Below, piece after piece: positions 19,133 through 29,463 of a stretch of DNA of 64,000 nucleotides. The notes beneath the pieces were generated by a model. The model was not told the DNA's origin. It did not search any database and saw only the letters and a list, made by a program, of their open reading frames with translations. Within the stretch, counting starts at the first letter, position 1. The number at the start of each line of letters is the position of its first letter. Source of the DNA: Promethearchaeota archaeon. Its GTDB lineage: Archaea > Asgardarchaeota > Lokiarchaeia > Sigyniarchaeales > SOKP01. The stretch spans positions 1 to 64,000 of the forward strand of contig JAHLWS010000042.1 in the NCBI GenBank assembly GCA_019057795.1. The letters run 5' to 3'. Position numbers and translations under genes: made by a program.

Positions 19133-20515
19133 TTAAATATAAACCTGAAGCCCCTTTTCTTCTAATTTTTTCAAAAAAGAGGGGTAAATTTTAAGGTTAT
19201 TTTCTGTTAAATATAATTCTTCTAAAAAATCAAGAGAATTAAGGGTATCTGGAAGTTTAGTTAATTTATTCCTAGACAAGTTTAAAATTTTTAAATTTTT
19301 TAAATTTCCAATTGTACTTGGAATCGTTTCTAATTGATTATCGCCTAAATTTAATATTTCTAAGGAATTAAGTGAGCCTATTGACAATGGAACGTTTACT
19401 AACTCGTTTCTTTCAAGATCTAAAGATTTTAGAGATGATAGATTATTTAATGAGGAAGGAATGCTAGTCAATAAATTCCAACTCAAATTCAAGGTTATTA
19501 ATGATTTTAGGGATAAAATAGAATCCGGAATTTTTGTTAGTTTATTGTCGTGAAGATTTAAATCTTTTAGGTTAATTAAATTTCCAAAATAGTTAGGTAA
19601 TAGTGTAAGCTGGTTTAGCCTTAAATTTAATTGTTCTAATGAGATTAAGGAACAGATTGAGTTTGGAAGATTTTGGAGTTCATTCTTCCAAAGTAATAAT
19701 TCTTTAAGCTTTGAAAGCAAACCAATATTCTCAGGAAGATTATTTAAATTATTTACATTTAAATTAAGGTATTCTAACGAAATTAAAGTACTAATCCACC
19801 CTGGAAGTTCTGTTATTTGATTATATCTTAAAGTCAATTTTTTGAGAGAAGTAAGGTATTTAATAGCAATAGGTAATTTTGTTAAACCTTTAAATATAAA
19901 ATCTAACTCCACGATTTTACAACGGTTAATAGTATATTTCAATCTCCAATAAGTCTTTTTCAAGTAAATCAATGTGAAATAATTAATTAAAATGTCAGCT
20001 AATTCCATACGAGTAAATAATTTCGAGCCCTTGGCAAAGCTTAAAGTCTCAAAGCCAATTTTAAAATCTTTATCATCGATTTGTTTTATCTCGTGAATCA
20101 AGATTAGTTTTATAATGGGTTCGTTTCTTTTTTCTAAGTTGTTAATTATAGCTATTAATGAATCAAAAATTGTATACAAACAAGTTTGAGATTCTTCGTG
20201 ATGAAGAGCCCATCTTAGTGGGTTCAAAGCTTTATCTTTAAAATTATACCGTAAAATAAGAGTGGCTTCGTTTCTGATTTTTTCATCTGAGTCCGAAATA
20301 AGTAAATTTTCAAAGAAACTAAAAAGCTCCTCCTTTTTTACGCCAGTATTTTCAAAATTATCCCCAATACTTCTTAAAATTTGAAGGCTCTCGTAGCGGT
20401 CTTTAACTTTTGTACTATTTTCTATTAATGTGATTAGTTGCTTAACTGCTGACGATACATCTATTATTTTTTTATTAAATTCGTCAAAAATCTTAGTCGG
20501 TGTGCGTCTCGTAAT
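19133..20515 (-). CDS. HEAT-like repeat + LRR protein; probable ATT start at 20515
   Basis: The frame is open 96 codons upstream of the listed TTG and encodes the N-terminus shared with the paralogs (KQLITLIENS..FENLLISDSDEKIRNEA); bounded by TGA at 20525-20527. About 11 LRRs of the LxLxxNxLxxLP type. Confidence 0.8.
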   Translation of the reverse strand: MTRRTPTKIFDEFNKKIIDVSSAVKQLITLIENSTKVKDRYESLQILRSIGDNFENTGVKKEELFSFFENLLISDSDEKIRNEATLILRYNFKDKALNPLRWALHHEESQTCLYTIFDSLIAIINNLEKRNEPIIKLILIHEIKQIDDKDFKIGFETLSFAKGSKLFTRMELADILINYFTLIYLKKTYWRLKYTINRCKIVELDFIFKGLTKLPIAIKYLTSLKKLTLRYNQITELPGWISTLISLEYLNLNVNNLNNLPENIGLLSKLKELLLWKNELQNLPNSICSLISLEQLNLRLNQLTLLPNYFGNLINLKDLNLHDNKLTKIPDSILSLKSLITLNLSWNLLTSIPSSLNNLSSLKSLDLERNELVNVPLSIGSLNSLEILNLGDNQLETIPSTIGNLKNLKILNLSRNKLTKLPDTLNSLDFLEELYLTENNLKIYPSFLKKLEEKGLQVYI

Positions 20516-20528
20516 GTAAATCCCTCAA

Positions 20529-22028
20529 CTATTTATAAATTATTAAGCCATTTTTTTCTAATTTACCCAAAAAATCGGGTGTTTCTTCAATATTATTAAA
20601 GTTTAAATCTATAATTTTCAATGATTTAAGATTCTCAAGAGATTCGGGAAGTTTTTTCAATTTATTCCCCCATAAACTCAATGTCTCAAGAGATTTAAGA
20701 TAACCCACACAATCGGGTAAAATTTCAAAACGATTCCAACTTAAATTTAAATCTTTTAAATTAATTAACGAGCTAAACGACTTAGGTAAAGAAGTTAAAT
20801 TATTATTCCATAGAGTTAATTCTTTAAGCGTAGAAATTTTACCAATTGATTCAGGAAGTTCAATTAACTTATTATCAAATAATTGTAATATTTCTAATGA
20901 TTGCAACGACCCAAGCCAAGAAGGAAGTGATGTCAATTTATTTCCTCCCAAACCCAATTTTTTAAGAAATTTAAGAGGTTTTACCCATTTAGGAAGTCTT
21001 TCTATATTGTTCAATCCCAAATCTAATTTCTTAAGAGAAGTCATTCGCTTGAAAGAACCCTTTAATTTGCTTAGATTGTTTCCGTGCAAATCTAAGACTT
21101 CTAAGGTTGCTATATTCTTTATTGTTTTTGGTAAAGAAGTTAATTCATTAGCTCTTAAATCTAGATGTTTCAACGATTTTAAAGAGCCAATAGAAAGTGG
21201 TAAACTTTTTAGTTTATTATATCTCAAATTTAACACATTTAAGGCCGTTAATAAACCAATAGAATGAGGAATTGATTTAATTTTATTATAACTCAAATCT
21301 AAGTGAATCATTGAAGATAAAAAGCTAATAGTTTTAGGTATCATAGTAAGTCTATTAAACTTTAAATCTAGAATTTCTAATGATGTTAAAAATTCCATAA
21401 AATCAGGAAATTTGTTCAAAATTGTCCATCCAAAAACATGACTACTAACATCGGATAAATCTAATTCAAAAATTAGACCCTCTCTTACCTTAAAATTAAT
21501 TTGACCAAATCTTTTTTCCAGATCGGCCACAATAAAATAATTCTCGATAATTTGTGAAAGTTCAAAACTCGAGAAACTTTCAATATCTCTTTTTTTGAAT
21601 AAGAGATTTAAATTTTCAATTATTTTCTCGTTTCTTATTTTTTTTATTTTATTAATTAACAAGGATTTTGATTGAGGAGTATCAATTTTTCCTAATATAT
21701 TTGAGATTGCTAACAAACATTTTAAGGATTCTTCATGTTTAAAAGACCATACCATCGGCTCAAAGGCAATATCTAAAAATAATTTATCTATGACATTAGC
21801 AGCGGCATATCTTATACCCTCTTGGGAATCTGAAATAAGTAAATTTTCTAATAGTTTGAAAACATCCTTAGATTTAGCATCAATCTGAGATAGCGTATTA
21901 ATGCTTTCGATTCTTTTATTTAGATTATCGCTATTATCTATAATCGATATTAATTGATTTATTACTGAAAATTTATCTAATTTTTTGCTCTTATAATTTT
22001 TTTTAATTAATTTTTGAGATAATTCCAT
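20529..22028 (-). CDS. HEAT-like repeat + LRR protein
   Basis: LENLLISDSQEGIRYAAA, followed by about 12 regular 23-aa LRRs. Confidence 0.88.
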   Translation of the reverse strand: MELSQKLIKKNYKSKKLDKFSVINQLISIIDNSDNLNKRIESINTLSQIDAKSKDVFKLLENLLISDSQEGIRYAAANVIDKLFLDIAFEPMVWSFKHEESLKCLLAISNILGKIDTPQSKSLLINKIKKIRNEKIIENLNLLFKKRDIESFSSFELSQIIENYFIVADLEKRFGQINFKVREGLIFELDLSDVSSHVFGWTILNKFPDFMEFLTSLEILDLKFNRLTMIPKTISFLSSMIHLDLSYNKIKSIPHSIGLLTALNVLNLRYNKLKSLPLSIGSLKSLKHLDLRANELTSLPKTIKNIATLEVLDLHGNNLSKLKGSFKRMTSLKKLDLGLNNIERLPKWVKPLKFLKKLGLGGNKLTSLPSWLGSLQSLEILQLFDNKLIELPESIGKISTLKELTLWNNNLTSLPKSFSSLINLKDLNLSWNRFEILPDCVGYLKSLETLSLWGNKLKKLPESLENLKSLKIIDLNFNNIEETPDFLGKLEKNGLIIYK

Positions 22029-22292
22029 TAATCTTCCAAATTTGGTTTAGTTTTTTAAATTTTTTGTGTTGTATTAAAGTAGTTAACTTTTCATAATGAT
22101 TTTTATTTTTCTTTTAATGATGATCTTGAAACATCGACAGTAATATAATTATTAGAATTTTTTTAAGAGAATTATAAGTTGAGATTAGTTTTAATTACTT
22201 TTCATTTAAAAAAATTCACAGATGCTTCTCACTGTGTTCCTCGAAATTTCTTTAAAAATTAAACCAGATTAACTTTGTATAAAATTTTGATT

Positions 22293-23570
22293 TTATAGTC
22301 TAAAATATAAATCACAAAATTGTAAGCGTTCTTCGATCCAATCATAGAGAAATTGAACTGCTTCATTCAAATCAAATTCATCATTACTGTAAAGATATTG
22401 GTCTGGCCATTTAGGTTGAATATCTCCTTCAACAGTTATAGGCTTCCACATTTCAAGATCGATTTCTAATACTTTCTGAATTTGATTATACATTTTTGTA
22501 ATTAAATCAAAAATATATTCTTTTGTCCATAAATCGGCTCTTAATTCTGCCCAACGAATTTTTACTTCTTGCATAAATTCCTTATTAAGGGATAATCGCA
22601 AATATAATAAATTACGTCTTTGAAAATAAACTTCTGAATTCGAATCGTACTTTTTCCAACCCAGTTGCCCAAATGAACCATCAAAATCCCATGGAATTAA
22701 AAAAAATTTACTCGGTATAGAATTTCGTACAAGATAATAATTTTTACTCCAAAAATCCTTATGCAAAATAAAGAAGTTGAAAAGATAGAAATCTATTAAA
22801 TTCTTTTTATCAAATTTTGAAAAAATCCCCGTAGTTTCATTAAAAAATTCCACGTTGGAGGTATTATTTATAAAAAGTACCAAATCCTCAATTATCTGAT
22901 CAGCAATATAAATTCCATCTTCCTCATTAGGATATTCTTGCTCCCAATGTACTATTACATAAAAATTATAATGGTGACTTGGAGTTTGAAGGAGTAGACT
23001 GGTATTCAAATTGTTTTGAGCATCATCAAGCCCAAATAACCTTCTATCTGTTCTTTCTGCAAGTAAATAAAGTCCTTGGAATTCGTTGTTAATAAACAAT
23101 TTTACGAACATAGATTCAGGTAGGATTGCTGTAGGATTTGATGGAAAGAGACTACGCCATAAATCAAAAGCTAACTTAGTTCTCATTCGTGTATGATCAA
23201 AATAATTTCCAAATAACTGCCAATCATCATCTATCCTCATTCCATATAAAGAGTGTCTACCTTTTAGTTCTAATCGATAACTTTTCTTGGGAAGTACAAC
23301 ACTTGTTCTTCCCCTATACTTTATATTGGATAAGAAAATGCATTTATTTAACTCTACGACTGCTGGTATATAATAGTTACCTTTGATTTCTTGATCATAC
23401 CTTATGTATATTTCAGGCAATTCTGAAGTCTCTTTTTCAGTCTCTTTCTCTGGTGTGCTATTACGCTGAATGATAACTAAAGTTGGAGTTATGATTAAAA
23501 AGAAAATAGAAAAAAGTAAAAAATCTCTCCTTTTTCTATTTTTTGGGGATTTATTAATTTTATTCAACAA
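22293..23570 (-). CDS. cotH: CotH-family kinase, N-terminally membrane anchored
   Basis: KYRGRTS..PKKSYR, LFINNEFQGLYLLAE, KNYYL, LIPWDFDGSFG; N-terminal TM segment. Confidence 0.85.
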   Translation of the reverse strand: MLNKINKSPKNRKRRDFLLFSIFFLIITPTLVIIQRNSTPEKETEKETSELPEIYIRYDQEIKGNYYIPAVVELNKCIFLSNIKYRGRTSVVLPKKSYRLELKGRHSLYGMRIDDDWQLFGNYFDHTRMRTKLAFDLWRSLFPSNPTAILPESMFVKLFINNEFQGLYLLAERTDRRLFGLDDAQNNLNTSLLLQTPSHHYNFYVIVHWEQEYPNEEDGIYIADQIIEDLVLFINNTSNVEFFNETTGIFSKFDKKNLIDFYLFNFFILHKDFWSKNYYLVRNSIPSKFFLIPWDFDGSFGQLGWKKYDSNSEVYFQRRNLLYLRLSLNKEFMQEVKIRWAELRADLWTKEYIFDLITKMYNQIQKVLEIDLEMWKPITVEGDIQPKWPDQYLYSNDEFDLNEAVQFLYDWIEERLQFCDLYFRL

Positions 23571-23595
23571 AACCTCACATTTTGTATTAAATCTA

Positions 23596-24348
23596 CTATA
23601 ATTCTTCAGCAGAATTTCCTTCGATTAATTTGATATCAGAAATAAATTCCTTCTCTTGAATTTTTGAGAGTAGTGATGATTTAATTTTCATCGAATCTTT
23701 AAAAATTTCTCTTTTTTTTTTTATTAACGATAATTTAGGGCTTTTAAATGTTATAATAAAACTTAATCGATTGTTTTCATCATCAATAGAACTAACACTT
23801 AAAAGAGAGTAATACTTTAAATGTTGAGTAAAAATAGTACTTAAGAATTCAAAATAATCTTTTGATTTAGGAAAATTCATTTCTAAAAGATCTTGAGCTA
23901 AATATTTTTGTCCAAATTTTGTAATATTCATGAGATACATTATTAGACAGCCTGTAATGGTTAACAACATTGCTATAGGATAAAATCTGATTCCACATGC
24001 CATGCCCATTGCCATAATAAAGAAAATAAAACCTAAATCTCGAGCATCTTTTATAGCACTCCGAAATCTGACAATAGATAAAGCACCTATCAATGTAAAA
24101 GCTCGTGCTATATTTGATCCAATTATTAACATTATTATACTGACAATTATTCCTAATAGCACTAAAGTTTGAGTAAAATTATGTGAATATGATACACTTG
24201 TATGAGTCCCCCTATATGTTATTGCTATTATAAAGGATAATACAATACTCCAAAATAGAACCATCATAACATCTATAATATCAAATTCAGCTCCAATAAT
24301 TATAAATGAGTCTTCTAAAAATCTCTTAATAAAATCGTCAATCGCCAT
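23596..24348 (-). CDS. DUF4956 family membrane protein
   Basis: IGSNIARAFTLIGALSIVRFRSAIKDARD..FIF..MAMGMACG signature. Confidence 0.85.
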   Translation of the reverse strand: MAIDDFIKRFLEDSFIIIGAEFDIIDVMMVLFWSIVLSFIIAITYRGTHTSVSYSHNFTQTLVLLGIIVSIIMLIIGSNIARAFTLIGALSIVRFRSAIKDARDLGFIFFIMAMGMACGIRFYPIAMLLTITGCLIMYLMNITKFGQKYLAQDLLEMNFPKSKDYFEFLSTIFTQHLKYYSLLSVSSIDDENNRLSFIITFKSPKLSLIKKKREIFKDSMKIKSSLLSKIQEKEFISDIKLIEGNSAEEL

Positions 24349-24520
24349 TATTTTCTTTTAATAAATTATCTAAAATAAAGTTTATTTAAAAATAACTAAC
24401 AAAAGATAAGATTTAGATTAAAATATATCTTTTTTCTACTGGTTGTACAATTAATCATAAAAATCTAATCAATTCAAAATCAATCTGTTTAGATAATTGA
24501 AAATTTTATATAAAGCAAAT

Positions 24521-25303
24521 TCATCTAATCATAACATTAAATAACTTCTTTTGCCGGGAAAGTAGGTATTTGATATCTAATTTTTCAACTCCACTAACAA
24601 ATTTGGACATCTTTTCTCTAACCATATTGTTTCTTTGTATAATATTGATGGCCCATTTTGGGATATATTTATTGAATTTTAATTCCATAATACATACATT
24701 TGGAGATTTAATATAATGCAAGCCTCCACCATCATGGAAATTAAAATTATAATTTCGAACCCTTAAATTTGTATCAAATGTAATTCTAAATTTCGATACG
24801 AATTCAGTATTAAAAGCTTGCCTTTTATAGCAGATAAAATTAACTGGTCTTAAATGAAATCTGTTATAATTAAACCATACCTCATCTAGAACTTTTTTAT
24901 TTTGAGGTGAAAGACTTCTAGAAAAATTTCTTGCTTCTTGAGTTTTATTATTAATAATTTTAAAAACATTATTCAAAGGTACTTTAATTCGTTTTTTTGA
25001 AAAGCTTTCATTTACTCTTTTTTTAAGTTCAATATAAACATAGTCCTCCTCCATATTATCAAAAAAATCTGGATAGTACCGAATTCTAAATTTTACTCTA
25101 ATATTTATACCATTTTTCTTTCTATAATAAGATTTTCCAAAAGGAGAGTCAAAATATAAACTTCTTACTTCATAACTATGGTTATTTTTGACATATTTAT
25201 CAAGTTCCATAAATGGCGTTATTTCTTTTAAAATTTTATCTCTTTCCATCAATGAAATGATATATTTTAACTCAAATCGATTAAAAGTTATTTGGATCAT
25301 CAA
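24521..25303 (-). CDS. VTC-domain (CYTH-like) polyphosphate polymerase domain protein
   Basis: RFELKY, VRSLYFDS, KFRIRYY, ELKKR, YKRQAF, RITFD, MELKF, SKF. Confidence 0.85.
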   Translation of the reverse strand: MMIQITFNRFELKYIISLMERDKILKEITPFMELDKYVKNNHSYEVRSLYFDSPFGKSYYRKKNGINIRVKFRIRYYPDFFDNMEEDYVYIELKKRVNESFSKKRIKVPLNNVFKIINNKTQEARNFSRSLSPQNKKVLDEVWFNYNRFHLRPVNFICYKRQAFNTEFVSKFRITFDTNLRVRNYNFNFHDGGGLHYIKSPNVCIMELKFNKYIPKWAINIIQRNNMVREKMSKFVSGVEKLDIKYLLSRQKKLFNVMIR

Positions 25304-25505
25304 AATTTAATATATACTTGCTTATCAAAATTAAAATGAAATATATATTTATAATATTATTAAAAAAGGACTATCAAATATTCATTTTAAGAAAATTGTG
25401 TATTTTCTTTTAAGGTTAGGTTATATATTTAATTCAAAAAATATCAAATGAAATTGGTGAGGCGTTTAGTAGAGATCTGGGATATATGTCCAAATTATTA
25501 TAATT

Positions 25506-27410
25506 CTAAAAATATTTCTCTAAAGCCAGCGCTTTAATTTTACTTATTGTGGGGTAACTATTTTGTTTATCCCAACCTCGTTCGTCGTAATAATCGTCCA
25601 ATAATTGATTGGCAATGTCTTGAGTAATAACTACTTCTCCGTAAAAGTCTTGGAATTTAAGCACATTTTCCCCAATATTTAAGGGTTTAAACCATCCTTT
25701 AGGAAATTTATCGTCCTTTCGAGAAAAACCTTCCTTTAAATTCATTAACTTCAATAAATTCCAAGAACGTTCAGCTGATAGTCTCAATTCTTCTTGATGC
25801 AAATTAAATCCAGTAATTAAATTGTATATTTGGGTAACTAATTCTAAACTATAAAATCTATTCATTTGAGCTCTAGCACACAATCCTAGAGATGTTAGAA
25901 CAGTGTACCAATCTTCAGAGTATCTGGTTAGTCGTCCAACATTTACGCCCATTTCTTTTTTGGGTGGAGTAAATATTCTAGAGAAAGCAGTATCGGGGAT
26001 ACCCATCCGATTAAAATGGCTTTTCATTTTATCTGGAGTTCCACCAGCGCCAACATATGTCGGTGATCCGCCTGAAGCAACATGAGCGCCTTTAGGATTT
26101 ACTACTTGTTCGAATTCCATTGTTCCTAATCGTAAAAACCTAGGTTCGAATATAACATCTAATCCTTTCACCGTAAGCATTTCGTTTGAAAAAGTTTTAT
26201 CTTCCCCAGCTAATTTTTTCCATCCATCTGCTAATATATCTCCAAACCCTTCCCTTTTAGTGATTATGTCGATAAGGTGCTGAAAAGTCTTAAAATCCTG
26301 CTTCCACTCGAAACCTAGTTTTTCATTAGTGAGAAGATCTCGTTCATTCATTTTACTTATAAATTCAAATAGTGCGGTCATAGTTAATGAATCCAATCCA
26401 TATCTACTTATTAGATCAAACGCTTTTATTGCTTGGTCGTATGTGTCTAACCCATCTACGGTAAACATCATTAAGGGGTTAATTATTGAGGAGGTGTAAT
26501 TAATCAAACCGCTAAATTCTCCTTCACGTATTTCAAGGATATCTTTATCAGCCATAGGACAAGATGGACAAGCAATACGTCTTTTTTTCATTTTTTTTAA
26601 GTACATCCTATCGCTACATTGGCGAGCTTTTTTCTTTTGACCTTTTGCGGTTAAGAACATGCCAACTGGCAAACTTCTTAACATACCCAGTTCAATCCAC
26701 GAATCTCTATGAGGATATTTGCGAATGCGTTCAATAAAACTTTTATACAATTTATTAAACTTTTTTGGTTCTGCTATTGGAATCCCTTTTGTCCCTTGAG
26801 TCAAAATAGCTTTAAGGTTTTTCGACCCCATAATTGCTCCAAGTCCACCACGTCCTAAAGTCGAGGTTTTATCTATTAGCGTCATCGAAGATTTAACAAG
26901 ATTTTCTCCCGCTTGTCCAATAGCAATTACTCCACTTGAACCATGTTTCCTCTTTAAAAAATTAGTTGTTTCAACGATATCTTTACCCCATATTACTTTA
27001 GCTTTACATAATTCAACATGATCGTCAGATATGAGTAAATATACGGGTTTTTCTGATTTTCCAGTTATAATTATATGATCAAATCCCGCTTGCTTTAAGT
27101 TAAACGCAAAACTCATACTCCCGCAAGAATTAGCAACGGCTTCGGTCGCCGGAAATTTTGAAATTGCAACGGTTCGAGAAGAACCAGGTACAATAGTTCC
27201 TACTAAGGGGCCAGTTCCAAATATTATTAAATTTTTTGATGAAAATGGATCCGTTAACGGTTTGAATCGATCAGCAAAAAGTTTACAATTCATCCCGAAT
27301 CCACCAATGAACTTTTTAAGGTCTCTGACATCTTCTTTAACAACTGACACTCTATTTTCCGTTAAATCAATGTCAAGTATATTTCCAGTGTAACCAAACC
27401 AATCCGTTAT
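25506..27410 (-). CDS. aor: Aldehyde:ferredoxin oxidoreductase family (W/Mo-pterin) protein; probable ATA start at 27410
   Basis: The upstream in-frame segment encodes the canonical AOR N-terminus (WFGYTGNILDIDLT); GRGGLGAIMGSKNLKA, CPSCP, GLC, YYDERGWD. Confidence 0.88.
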   Translation of the reverse strand: MTDWFGYTGNILDIDLTENRVSVVKEDVRDLKKFIGGFGMNCKLFADRFKPLTDPFSSKNLIIFGTGPLVGTIVPGSSRTVAISKFPATEAVANSCGSMSFAFNLKQAGFDHIIITGKSEKPVYLLISDDHVELCKAKVIWGKDIVETTNFLKRKHGSSGVIAIGQAGENLVKSSMTLIDKTSTLGRGGLGAIMGSKNLKAILTQGTKGIPIAEPKKFNKLYKSFIERIRKYPHRDSWIELGMLRSLPVGMFLTAKGQKKKARQCSDRMYLKKMKKRRIACPSCPMADKDILEIREGEFSGLINYTSSIINPLMMFTVDGLDTYDQAIKAFDLISRYGLDSLTMTALFEFISKMNERDLLTNEKLGFEWKQDFKTFQHLIDIITKREGFGDILADGWKKLAGEDKTFSNEMLTVKGLDVIFEPRFLRLGTMEFEQVVNPKGAHVASGGSPTYVGAGGTPDKMKSHFNRMGIPDTAFSRIFTPPKKEMGVNVGRLTRYSEDWYTVLTSLGLCARAQMNRFYSLELVTQIYNLITGFNLHQEELRLSAERSWNLLKLMNLKEGFSRKDDKFPKGWFKPLNIGENVLKFQDFYGEVVITQDIANQLLDDYYDERGWDKQNSYPTISKIKALALEKYF

Positions 27411-27652
27411 TTCTCACCCTCCTTGAGTTCTAAAGCTCCATACAGACAATAATTTGCGCATTGCCCGCAGTGAGTACATCCATCTAAGAACGAGATTTTT
27501 GGGATTAATTCGTAGACATCAACAATTTGAATAAAGGCTTCAGTAGGGGAATATTTATTCTTATATATGGAAGAACAGATTAATTGACAGATTCTACATC
27601 CTGTGCATCTTTCCTCGTGTATAATTATCTCAATTAATTTAGATTTTGCCAA
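27407..27652 (-). CDS. 4Fe-4S dicluster ferredoxin-like partner of AOR
   Basis: CTGCRICQLIC and CTHCGQCANYC; its stop codon overlaps the AOR start. Confidence 0.85.
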   Translation of the reverse strand: MAKSKLIEIIIHEERCTGCRICQLICSSIYKNKYSPTEAFIQIVDVYELIPKISFLDGCTHCGQCANYCLYGALELKEGEK

Positions 27653-27776
27653 AATAAATCAAATCTTTAAAGTACTATTACTAACTTGTAAATTTTATTA
27701 GGTTCACTATACTTAATGTGTAATAATTTGAGTTTTTAATATATATAGCTTTTTAAGTATGATGTTAAAATAAAAA

Positions 27777-29315
27777 TTATATCCTTTCTATCATCATACC
27801 TCCTAAAATGATGGGTCCACCAGTCGAATTATATATTTTCTCGGCTTTTTTTAATTTGTTTTGACTATCAGAATGAATTCTAAAGATTAAATCTCCTTCC
27901 TTTATTCTTGCTCCTTGCTTTTTAAAAATCTCAACACCAGAATATTTTGAATGGGGGCAACCAGTAGCTTTAGCTATACTGTTAATAATTGCGTTATTTA
28001 CTCCAGTTATATGTCCTGCTTTAGTAGCAAAAAATTCTTTAGAATGGGGACCTATTTTAATATCTTTGGGTTTTAATTCTGGATTTCCTCCCTGAACTTC
28101 GATTATTCTTTTCATTTTCTCATAAGCCTTACCAGAACGCAATATCTCTTTGGCTAAGCTTTGTCCCTCTCCTTTCTGAGCTTTTCCACCCATTTCGAGC
28201 AATATACCCGCTAAATCGGTTGATTTTTCAATCAAAGAATTCGGACCTGCAGAATAATCCATAAGCAAAGTTAACGCTTCTTTAGCTTCTAATCCTGGAC
28301 CAATTGCATGCCCAATTGGTTGATGAGCAAGAGTTAGGGCACACACCGCTTCAATCCCCACATTTTTTGCAATTTCTTTAAATAAATATGCAAACTGCTT
28401 TCCATTATCATGAGTAGGAAATTTTGTTCCCTTGCCAACGGGTATATCTAGTACGAGCTTCCTAACTCCTAGAGAAAGCTTTTTAGTGAGTATAGATGGA
28501 ATCATAAGTCCTACTGGATCCATGTGGAGTGGCCGTTCAATTTCGATCAATATATTATCTGCTGGAGAAGTATTTAGAGCTCCACCCCATATAATGCACG
28601 CTTTTTCTTTCGATACAATGCTTTTCAATTTTTCAGCGTTAAAAGCAATAGGAGCCAGAACTTCCATAGAATCAGCAGTTCCAGAGGGAGAAGTTATAGC
28701 TCTTGTTGATGATTTTGGAATTGTTAGCCCAGCAGCTGCGACAATTGGAACAATAATAAGCGTAACTTTATTTCCTGGCACACCACCTGTCGAATGCTTG
28801 TCATAAACTTCCGGTCCGAAGTCGAAAAGCTCTCCACTTCTTGCTTCAGCATAAGTCAATGCTGTCATCTCTTCGTTATCCATGCCATTTATAGACACTG
28901 CCGTTATAAATGCTGCTAAGTCGATTCTTGATAAAGAACCAGAAACTGTATCGTGAATTATACTATTGATTTCTTCAGTTGTTAGTTTTACGCCTCTGAT
29001 TTTTTTCTGAATATATTTAAAAGAATCAGGCGGATCAGCCGGTTTAACTGATATTATCACATTATCAACTAAATCCTGTTTCTCTTTAAGGATATCTAAA
29101 AAAATTCCGATCTCTCCAGGGTGAACCAAAGAATTAGAATAATCAATTTGTAGTATTGCCACCCAATATTTATCTTCAAGAGATTTTGATTGAGTATTTT
29201 TTACGATTATACGTTCGCCGGCTTTCTGTCCTAATTCTTGAGCGTCTTTAATATTAAGAACAACATCTTTAGTATTCCCAGTTTCAAATTTTATTTCTTT
29301 TACTTTTAGCTTCAT
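27777..29315 (-). CDS. deoA: AMP phosphorylase (thymidine phosphorylase family)
   Basis: DKHSTGGVPGNK, PKSSTRAITSPSGTAD, DIPVGKGTK; has the archaeal N-terminal extension. Confidence 0.9.
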   Translation of the reverse strand: MKLKVKEIKFETGNTKDVVLNIKDAQELGQKAGERIIVKNTQSKSLEDKYWVAILQIDYSNSLVHPGEIGIFLDILKEKQDLVDNVIISVKPADPPDSFKYIQKKIRGVKLTTEEINSIIHDTVSGSLSRIDLAAFITAVSINGMDNEEMTALTYAEARSGELFDFGPEVYDKHSTGGVPGNKVTLIIVPIVAAAGLTIPKSSTRAITSPSGTADSMEVLAPIAFNAEKLKSIVSKEKACIIWGGALNTSPADNILIEIERPLHMDPVGLMIPSILTKKLSLGVRKLVLDIPVGKGTKFPTHDNGKQFAYLFKEIAKNVGIEAVCALTLAHQPIGHAIGPGLEAKEALTLLMDYSAGPNSLIEKSTDLAGILLEMGGKAQKGEGQSLAKEILRSGKAYEKMKRIIEVQGGNPELKPKDIKIGPHSKEFFATKAGHITGVNNAIINSIAKATGCPHSKYSGVEIFKKQGARIKEGDLIFRIHSDSQNKLKKAEKIYNSTGGPIILGGMMIERI

Positions 29316-29463
29316 AATATCAAAATTTTGTGTAATTAATTATTAATTAGAGAGCTTGATTAAATAAATTTAATTGAAATTATTACAATTGTATTAGTTT
29401 TTTCGATTATTTTATTTATTCATTTTAATAAAATTAATTAAAAACCATTAAATGATTTGATAT

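Noticed and set aside
19133-20515. LRR gene as a 5'-truncated pseudogene
   Set aside because: The upstream frame is fully open, conserved with its paralogs and preceded by an SD-like sequence, so a non-canonical start fits better.
11373-29315. RuBisCO + AMP phosphorylase as a CO2-fixing form III AMP pathway
   Set aside because: The RuBisCO homolog lacks key carboxylase residues (form IV), lies ~15 kb away, and no ribose-1,5-bisphosphate isomerase is seen in the window.
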